A DNA stretch of 64,000 nucleotides from Pseudomonadota bacterium (GTDB taxonomy: Bacteria; Pseudomonadota; Gammaproteobacteria; Burkholderiales; Gallionellaceae): contig JAJZUP010000002.1 of assembly GCA_021848465.1 (NCBI GenBank), positions 348,524 to 412,523 on the forward strand, given 5' to 3'. Shown here piece by piece: positions 57,810-64,000 of this stretch. Both the position numbers and the translations under genes were made by a program. The notes under the pieces were generated by a model. It did not search any database. It was not told where the DNA came from and saw only the letters and a list, made by a program, of their open reading frames with translations. Position 1 is the first letter of the stretch; each line of letters opens with the position of its first letter.

Positions 57810-59210
57810 ATGTATTCAGTATTACCTGCCGGCGTATCAATCCTGTTCCTGGGCTATGGCTTTTATGCCTTATCCAGCCGCGGGCTGAACCGCATCAGCG
57901 GCAGCTTTTTCCTGTTGTGCCTGACCACATTTTTCTGGCAGGCCACGTGGGCCGTGCTGTTCCAGACCAGCACCCCGGCCACCGCATCGTTCCTGGTCAA
58001 ATTCGGGTATTTTTTCATCCTGTTCCTGCCGACCAGCATGTACCATTTCCTGACGGAAATCAGCGGCAACCATTCCGAGCGCAGGTACGTCTACGCTTCA
58101 TATCTTTTTTCCGGGCTGCTAGCGGTCAGCCTGATATTCACAAACTGGTTTGTGTCCGGCTACTACGAATACTTCTGGGGGCCCTACCCCAAGGCCGGTT
58201 TCCTTCACCCATTGCACTTGCTGCAAACCTTCCTCATTGTCCTGCGCGGTCTGCACATCACATACTCCGCCCAAAAGTACGCGCCCGACAAGGCGACCCA
58301 GTCGCGCCTTCGCTTCTGCATTGCTGGACTGCTAACTTTCCTGTTTGCGGCAATTGATTACCTTTGCAACTACGGCATTGAGTTCTACCCTCCCGGCATC
58401 GTCTTTATCGCAATCGCACTAGGTTTCCTCACCATTGCCATCGTCAAATATGACCTGCTGAACCCGATGTCGCTCGCCGCCACCTTCGCCCATGAAATGC
58501 GCACTCCGCTCGCCACCATCCGCAACCAGGCCAGCGGGATCGCCATCTACCTTCCCGCATTACTGGAAGGTTATATGCGGGCAATGGAGCACAAGCTGGT
58601 GCCCCCCGGCATCCCGGCCCGGCACCTGCAGTATTTCTCAGGGATTTCCGCAAAGATCATGACGGAGATCGACAAATCAAATGCGGTCATCGACATCCTG
58701 CTGGCCACCAGCGCACTGGAGACACCGGAGAATATCCAGCTTGGACGCCACATGATCGGCGCTTGCATCGTTGAGGCGCTTGACCGTTATCCGTTCGAGG
58801 CCGACATGCGCGAGCGCACCAAAGTTTCAATCAAAAGCGATTTTGAGTTTCACGGCTCCGACACCCTGCTGGTTGCCGTACTGTTCAACCTGCTGAACAA
58901 CAGCATTCATGCGCTGAATGCCGCAGGGAAAGGTGAAATCCATATCGAAACGAGGGCCACTGAAAGCTGCAACATCCTGGCTTTCACCGATACCGGCCCG
59001 GGCATCCCCAAAGAGATTCTTCCCAACATCTTCGCGCCTTATTACAGCACCAAACACAAGGCTGGGGGTTTGGGAATCGGATTGGCATTTTGCAAAAAAG
59101 TCATGGCGGTTTTTCGTGGCAACATCTCCTGCCACTCCGCCGAAGCGGAATACACGACATTCACGCTGGAATTTCCAATCCCAGCCCCTGTTTCCCAGCC
59201 CTCCTGCTGA
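57810..59210 (+). CDS. Sensor histidine kinase with N-terminal 7TM module (no adjacent response regulator)
   Basis: GGAGG RBS is present. There are about 7 hydrophobic helices, then the H-box FAHEMRTPLATI and HATPase motifs NLLNNSIHA, DTGPGIP and GGLGIGLAF. Confidence 0.88.
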   Translation: MYSVLPAGVSILFLGYGFYALSSRGLNRISGSFFLLCLTTFFWQATWAVLFQTSTPATASFLVKFGYFFILFLPTSMYHFLTEISGNHSERRYVYASYLFSGLLAVSLIFTNWFVSGYYEYFWGPYPKAGFLHPLHLLQTFLIVLRGLHITYSAQKYAPDKATQSRLRFCIAGLLTFLFAAIDYLCNYGIEFYPPGIVFIAIALGFLTIAIVKYDLLNPMSLAATFAHEMRTPLATIRNQASGIAIYLPALLEGYMRAMEHKLVPPGIPARHLQYFSGISAKIMTEIDKSNAVIDILLATSALETPENIQLGRHMIGACIVEALDRYPFEADMRERTKVSIKSDFEFHGSDTLLVAVLFNLLNNSIHALNAAGKGEIHIETRATESCNILAFTDTGPGIPKEILPNIFAPYYSTKHKAGGLGIGLAFCKKVMAVFRGNISCHSAEAEYTTFTLEFPIPAPVSQPSC

Positions 59211-59303
59211 TTGTATGACGCGCAACGACCGGGTTAAGCCAGTTCCTGACTTAACGGCGGCCGCCCTGCGGCCGTCCTGTTCAATCCTTACAGGAGATTA
59301 ATC

Positions 59304-59780
59304 ATGCAAATGGAAGTCACACAATTACAGCAGTCGGCCTTGACGCAGCATGCGCTTCAACATGAACCAACCAAGACCTTCCGGCATACCATAGACATCT
59401 GCCTCAAAGACTCCAATGCCTATGGCAATACCTATTTTGCGCGCTATTTCGAATGGCAAGGCATTTGCCGGGAGCAATGGTTCTTCCAGTGCATATCCAG
59501 CGACATGCTCCAGCCACTGGGGGTATTCATCACTCAATACGCGCACCAGGACTACTCACATGAAACATTCCCGTTCCAGACGGTTGAGTGCTTGGTAAAC
59601 ACCTACGATATCAAGCACTGTTCGTTCAATCTGCGCTTCCGCTTCCTCGTAGGCGGGAAACTGGTTTCCAGTGGTTACCAGAAGATTGTTTTTGCCAACC
59701 ATAGCAAGAAGATCACACGGCTGCCGGACAATGTTCTTCAGGACATCCGGGAATTCGAGATACCGCAGTTCAATAACTAG
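59304..59780 (+). CDS. Hotdog-fold (4HBT-type) acyl-CoA thioesterase
   Basis: The sequence reads DSNAYGNTYFARYFEWQGICREQWF. Size and pattern are typical. Confidence 0.7.
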   Translation: MQMEVTQLQQSALTQHALQHEPTKTFRHTIDICLKDSNAYGNTYFARYFEWQGICREQWFFQCISSDMLQPLGVFITQYAHQDYSHETFPFQTVECLVNTYDIKHCSFNLRFRFLVGGKLVSSGYQKIVFANHSKKITRLPDNVLQDIREFEIPQFNN

Positions 59781-59788
59781 TTGAAAAC

Positions 59789-59813
59789 CCCCACCATCCC
59801 TGTGATGGTGGGG
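59789..59813. terminator. Bidirectional hairpin terminator between convergent genes
   Basis: The hairpin is CCCCACCATC-CCTGT-GATGGTGGGG. Confidence 0.7.
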
Positions 59814-59822
59814 TATTAAACA

Positions 59823-60533
59823 TTACTGGAGGACCGCGTCTTCGATCAGAACCTTGTAGGCATAGCCCGCGCCAAAATCCTTGTCGGTATGCACAACCCC
59901 CTTAGCGGTGACGATATCGCCAAGCTTTGCTTCGCTCTTGCTCGTCACCAGGATGTCGTTTGTGCCCGCTTCCTCAGTTCCGGAGCCATCGCGCAAATGC
60001 AGCCAGTTGCGTCCCATGATGTCGGCGTTGTATTTGACCACCTTGCCGCGCACCACCACGACCTTGTCCTTGAAACCCGCGCCGTTGGACATGATCTCCG
60101 CCACGCTATGCGCATCCGGCCCGCTCGCCTTGCTCACCGCCGCGTCGATCGTCTCCAGTTTTTTCGGGATCAGCGGCGTCGCCATTTCCAGCTTGTGTCC
60201 GCCTGCGGCTGCCGGTTTGCCGGCCGCACCGTTCCCGATCGTGCCGAATATGATGCTGGAAAAAGTCTTGTTCAGCGCCTTGCTGGTGAAATTCTTCATC
60301 ACGATCGCATTGTCGATCGTCACGTTATCGCCCTTGTTCACCGCCACCTGCAACACTGCCGCCCAGGTTTCGCCGCGCTCGGTTTTCAGGCGCAAATATG
60401 TAAAGTTCGCGACATTCTTCGTTTCCAGCACCTCGCCCTTGACGCTCACGCCGGACGGGGCTGCCGATTCCATCTCGCCGGCATATGCATAGGACGCCAG
60501 TGCCATCAGGAAAATCCACATCAGTTTTTTCAT
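59823..60533 (-). CDS. Secreted protein with two tandem OB-like repeats (hypothetical)
   Basis: The signal peptide is MKKLMWIFLMALASYAYA. The two halves share the pattern G(E/K)V(L/V)...(Y/W)L(R/H)L(K/R)...G...GD(N/I)VT. Confidence 0.7.
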   Translation of the reverse strand: MKKLMWIFLMALASYAYAGEMESAAPSGVSVKGEVLETKNVANFTYLRLKTERGETWAAVLQVAVNKGDNVTIDNAIVMKNFTSKALNKTFSSIIFGTIGNGAAGKPAAAGGHKLEMATPLIPKKLETIDAAVSKASGPDAHSVAEIMSNGAGFKDKVVVVRGKVVKYNADIMGRNWLHLRDGSGTEEAGTNDILVTSKSEAKLGDIVTAKGVVHTDKDFGAGYAYKVLIEDAVLQ

Positions 60534-60563
60534 ATCAACTCCTCTTTTCCAAACGTTTGTTAT

Positions 60564-60896
60564 TCAGGCCAGAACCGCGGCACAGTAGGGGCACGTCTTC
60601 GGCTTGTAGGCAATCCCGAAACTGACCTCGTTCGGCGTGCCGTCTGCCTTGCGCGGCACCACCACCTTCTCGCAGGCCGGGCAACGGTAATAACGCTTCG
60701 CCGTCAACACGAACACGACACCGCTCAGGAACACCAGCAAGTTGGCCGTCAGGATGGCGGGATTGCTGTTCAAGGGAATCGCCCAGGCCATCAGCAGGCA
60801 GGCGGCAAGAATGAGCAGCAGCATCGGCAAAATGCCGCGCAGCGCAAATGTTTGCTTGCGCCGTGCAAATTCGGTAATCGTCAATTCAGCTTCCAT
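60564..60896 (-). CDS. Small membrane protein with C-terminal zinc ribbon
   Basis: An internal ATG gives MEAELTITEF... Two TM helices follow, then CPACEK...CPYC. Confidence 0.55.
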   Translation of the reverse strand: MEAELTITEFARRKQTFALRGILPMLLLILAACLLMAWAIPLNSNPAILTANLLVFLSGVVFVLTAKRYYRCPACEKVVVPRKADGTPNEVSFGIAYKPKTCPYCAAVLA

Positions 60897-60994
60897 CTCT
60901 CGTACTCCTTTCATACAGCGGGCAAGGTTAGCATTTTTCCGCAAGCCACAACACGTTTTGTGGAAAATTTTCCCTCCCCAATAACCCTGATGCC

Positions 60995-63346
60995 ATGACC
61001 GTATTAATCCTGTACTTCGTTGGCGGAATATGGCTATTGCAGCAGCAGGAAGCCTTGCCGCACATGGCCTGGAGCCTGTGCCTGGCACTCGTTGTCCCCG
61101 TTGCATTCATACGACCGGCTTCTGCCTGGCTGCAAGCCGGGAAGAAAACCCTGCTGTGCTTAATGGCACTGTGCGGCGGCTTTTTCTATGCCGCCTGGTA
61201 CGCACAGACCCGTCTCGCCGATGAGTTGCCGCAGGCCTGGCAAGGGCGCGATATTGCACTTACCGGTGTCGTTGCAGAACTGCCGCGCAACAATACCGCC
61301 GGCCAGAGCTTCATCTTCACAGTCGAGTCGGTCGCAACCCCGGCGGCGCACGTCCCGTCACGGATATTGCTCGTTACCTTCAACAGCGACAAAAAGCCGC
61401 CGCCCATATTCCATGCAGGCGAGCGCTGGCAACTGACGGTACGCCTGAAACAACCGCACGCCACGATCAATCCGGGCGGTTTCGATTTCGAGGCCTGGGC
61501 GCTGGAACGCAACATACGCGCCACCGGCTATGTGTATAGCGGCGGCGGCAATACGCTGCTTGACGCACAGGCCGCCTCCCTCCCTTATGTCATCGAGTCA
61601 TGGCGCGAGCTGATACGCGCGCGCATCCATACCGTGCTGGGAGATAGTCCGGCCGGCGCCGTGCTGACCGCCTTGGCCATCGGCGACCAGGCCGGCATTC
61701 CCGCCGCGCAATGGCAGGTCTTCACCCGCACCGGCGTCAATCACCTGATGAGCATCTCCGGCTTGCACATCACGATGCTGGCAGGCCTCGCCTTCGCGCT
61801 GTGCTACCGGCTCTGGCTGCGCAGCCCGCGCCTCACACGACGACTGCCCGCGCGCAAGGCAGCCGCACTGGCGGGATTCCTGGCCGCATTTGCCTACGCC
61901 TTGCTCGCCGGTTATGGCGTGCCGGCGCAGCGCACCGTATACATGCTCGGCACTATCGCCATAGCGCTGTATGCCGCGCGCAATATCGCCCCGGCACAAT
62001 TGCTGGCATTGGCATTGCTGGTGGTTTCGTTGCTCGATCCCTGGGCGGTGCTATCACCGGGTTTCTGGCTGTCATTTACGGCCGTTGCCCTGATCTTTTT
62101 CATCACGGCCAACCGCCTGGGGCGACGCCACTGGCTGGTCGAGTATGCGCACGTGCAATGGGCCATGAGCATCGGTCTGGTTCCCGCGCTGCTCGCACTG
62201 TTCCAGCAATTTTCCCTGATCGCGCCGCTCGCCAATGCGGTTGCCATTCCGCTTGTCAGCTTCATCGTCATCCCGCTTACCCTGCTCGGCCTGCTCCCGC
62301 CATTCGACTGGCTGCTGCAATTTGCGGCCGCAATCATGAATCTGTGCATGACATGGCTCGACTGGTTGAGCCGCCTGCCGCTGGCCGTATGGGTACAGCA
62401 TGTGCCACCGGCCTGGAGCATCGTGCTCGGCATGGCCGGAGTCCTGCTGCTATTATTGCCCCGTGGCATACCTGCACGCTGGCTGGGGTTGCCGATGCTG
62501 CTGCCGATATTCATGGTGATGCCGTCGGGGCCGATGCCAGGCAATTTGCAATTAAGCATCCTCGATGTCGGGCAGGGACTAGCCGTTGCAGTGCGAACTG
62601 CCAACCATGCATTGCTCTACGATGCCGGGCCCGACTATCCCGGAGACAGTGACAGCGGCACGCGCATCATCGTCCCGGCGCTGCGTGCGCTCGGCATCGG
62701 CCAACTGGACAGCCTGATCCTGACCCACGACGACATCGACCACACCGGCGGCGCACGCTCAGTCCTGCAAGCCATCCCGGTGGCGCAGCTCAGCACCTCG
62801 TTACCGCAACAACACCCCTTGCTGCAAGAATGGCCCGCGGCTCAACGCTGCCAGGCCGGGCAACAATGGACATGGGACGGCATACAGTTCGAAATCCTGC
62901 ACCCGGCTCCGGAAAGCTACGCACTCGACCATTTGCGCGACAACGATCGCGGCTGCGTGCTGCGCATCAGTGCCGGCTCACAACATTTCCTGCTCGCCAG
63001 CGATATCGAACAGGTGTCCGAACAACGCCTGCTGCGGAGCGCGCCGGAAAAACTGCCAGCCACGCTGCTGGTGGTTCCGCATCACGGCAGCAAAACCTCA
63101 TCGACGGAAGCATTCGTGCGGGCAGTGCAGCCGCACTATGCGGTATTTACCGTAGGATACCGCAATCGCTTCCGGCACCCCAACCAGGAAATAGTGACGC
63201 GCTACCGCAGCAGCGGCAGCGAATTGCTGCGCTCCGACACCGACGGCGCGATCATCGTAAACGCCAACAGTACGGAAACCAGCATTGAGCGCTATCGTCT
63301 CAGCCATGCACGCTACTGGCACCAGCGCCTGCTTAATGCCCCGTAG
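60995..63346 (+). CDS. comEC: DNA internalization-related competence protein ComEC/Rec2
   Basis: A polytopic competence domain (TGVNHLMSISGLHITML) is followed by a C-terminal metallo-beta-lactamase domain (LSILDVGQGLAV, LILTHDDIDHTGG, VVPHHGSKTSS). Confidence 0.92.
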   Translation: MTVLILYFVGGIWLLQQQEALPHMAWSLCLALVVPVAFIRPASAWLQAGKKTLLCLMALCGGFFYAAWYAQTRLADELPQAWQGRDIALTGVVAELPRNNTAGQSFIFTVESVATPAAHVPSRILLVTFNSDKKPPPIFHAGERWQLTVRLKQPHATINPGGFDFEAWALERNIRATGYVYSGGGNTLLDAQAASLPYVIESWRELIRARIHTVLGDSPAGAVLTALAIGDQAGIPAAQWQVFTRTGVNHLMSISGLHITMLAGLAFALCYRLWLRSPRLTRRLPARKAAALAGFLAAFAYALLAGYGVPAQRTVYMLGTIAIALYAARNIAPAQLLALALLVVSLLDPWAVLSPGFWLSFTAVALIFFITANRLGRRHWLVEYAHVQWAMSIGLVPALLALFQQFSLIAPLANAVAIPLVSFIVIPLTLLGLLPPFDWLLQFAAAIMNLCMTWLDWLSRLPLAVWVQHVPPAWSIVLGMAGVLLLLLPRGIPARWLGLPMLLPIFMVMPSGPMPGNLQLSILDVGQGLAVAVRTANHALLYDAGPDYPGDSDSGTRIIVPALRALGIGQLDSLILTHDDIDHTGGARSVLQAIPVAQLSTSLPQQHPLLQEWPAAQRCQAGQQWTWDGIQFEILHPAPESYALDHLRDNDRGCVLRISAGSQHFLLASDIEQVSEQRLLRSAPEKLPATLLVVPHHGSKTSSTEAFVRAVQPHYAVFTVGYRNRFRHPNQEIVTRYRSSGSELLRSDTDGAIIVNANSTETSIERYRLSHARYWHQRLLNAP

Positions 63347-63690
63347 GAGCAACTTGGTCGCGAATGCGCACTACAAATTCCTAAAACCCTTCGCGGTTGA
63401 AACCGCTCCCACAAGAACCGCTGCCCCTGTGGGAGCGGCTACAGCCGCGAATGCACCCTGCAAATTCCCAAACCCATTTGCGGTTAAAACCGCTCCCATA
63501 AAAACCGCTGCCTCCTGTAGGAGCGACTTCAGTCGCGAATGCACACCATGCATCCCACTAACCTTCGCGGTTGAAACCGCTCCCACAAAAAACCGCTGCC
63601 TCCTGTGGGAGCGGCTTTGATGAAACTACTAGCCAATCCACTAAGCACGATAAAGCCGTGCAAGTGGCTGGTTATAGCCGCGAATGCCCG
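63343..63690. repeat. REP-like tandem repeat block: three ~86-88-bp units plus a split or degenerate fourth
   Basis: Units start at 63343, 63429, 63517 and 63605. Each begins GT(A/G)GGAGC(G/A)(G/A)CTnnnG(C/T)CGCGAATGC. Each also contains the inverted element AACCGCTCCCA(C/T)A, which can pair with the next unit head. Confidence 0.85.
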
Positions 63691-64000
63691 TTAGAACTTC
63701 ACAAACTCGGCTTCCTCATGGTGCATGCCGCCGCCTACCGCTGCCAGCTTCTTGCCGCCCTTGGCCGCTTTGATTTCGGCTTTCGGATGGAAGGCCTGTA
63801 CTTTGGCGGTGGCGTTGCCGCTGCCGCTGACTGTGAAGAAGTTCATCAGCTGCTGTAGTTGCTCAGCCTGGCCGCTCATTTCTTCGGCCGTGGCAGCCAG
63901 CTCTTCCGTCGCGCTGGCGTTCTGCTGGGTGATCTGGTTGAGCTGGTTCATGGCGTTGTTGATCTGTGCAGCACCCGAGCTTTGCTCTTCGCTTGCGGCG
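63691..64000 (-). CDS. Methyl-accepting chemotaxis protein, C-terminal part only (gene continues beyond the window)
   Basis: The minus-strand translation reads ...AASEEQSSGAAQINNAMNQLNQITQQNASATEELAATAEEMSGQAEQLQQLM, the conserved MCP signalling-domain C-terminus. Confidence 0.85.
   Translation of the reverse strand, partial: AASEEQSSGAAQINNAMNQLNQITQQNASATEELAATAEEMSGQAEQLQQLMNFFTVSGSGNATAKVQAFHPKAEIKAAKGGKKLAAVGGGMHHEEAEFVKF

Noticed and set aside
63343-63690. Possible CRISPR array (regularly spaced ~26-nt GTGGGAGCGGCT...GCGAATGC elements)
   Set aside because: The sequences between the elements are themselves repeated from unit to unit, so the whole ~88-bp unit is the repeat. There are only 3-4 units and no cas genes. 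The elements are REP-like palindromes.

Overview
This 64-kb chromosomal window comes from a high-G+C proteobacterium. Gene order and protein signatures look betaproteobacterial, but I cannot verify that here. G+C statements are judged by eye, not computed. It falls into four compartments.

(1) 1-18,074 is a visibly lower-G+C integrated, mobilizable genomic island.
- It starts with a 5'-truncated umuC remnant.
- Next is a 2,050-aa protein with a Cap4/DUF4297-like nuclease, a STAND NTPase and a long repeat region (Avs-like).
- A minus-strand cassette follows, with one soluble and two polytopic membrane proteins of no recognisable family.
- It carries an RSF1010-MobA-like relaxase with a nic-core-like site.
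- Several orphan genes follow, then a DUF4224-like gene plus a tyrosine integrase.
- It also holds a Zn-ribbon/DUF726-like alpha/beta-hydrolase and a ParDE toxin-antitoxin pair.
- It ends at a 48-nt 3' fragment of tRNA-Asn that keeps its native terminator.

(2) 18.1-45.2 kb is core genome.
- Genes include zapE, murJ, rpsT, argD-argF-argG, ppnP, yajQ, trxA, rho and rplU-rpmA-obgE-proB.
- There is a PAS-GGDEF-EAL protein and a DUF2282-DUF692-DUF2063 bufferin-type RiPP operon.
- It ends with an HxlR/SDR/epimerase/TetR cluster.

(3) 45.2-48.3 kb is a small low-G+C islet wedged against the 3' end of mfd.
- It contains a NERD+Zn-ribbon protein, a DUF4238-like protein and a DUF433/DUF5615 TA pair.
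- The TA pair is bracketed by a 42-bp duplication of the mfd 3' end.

(4) 48.3-64 kb is core genome again.
- Genes include mfd, a GAF-HD-GYP protein, djlA, and a phospholipase-C-family protein with an unusual N-terminal domain.
- A class-3 lipase, a 7TM histidine kinase and comEC follow.
- It closes with an ~88-bp REP-like tandem repeat block and the 3' end of an MCP gene.

The best candidates for new biology are the island cargo (the giant STAND nuclease and the adjacent orphan membrane cassette) and the NERD/DUF4238 islet. All family assignments rest on motifs I can read in the translations and should be confirmed with HMM or structure searches.
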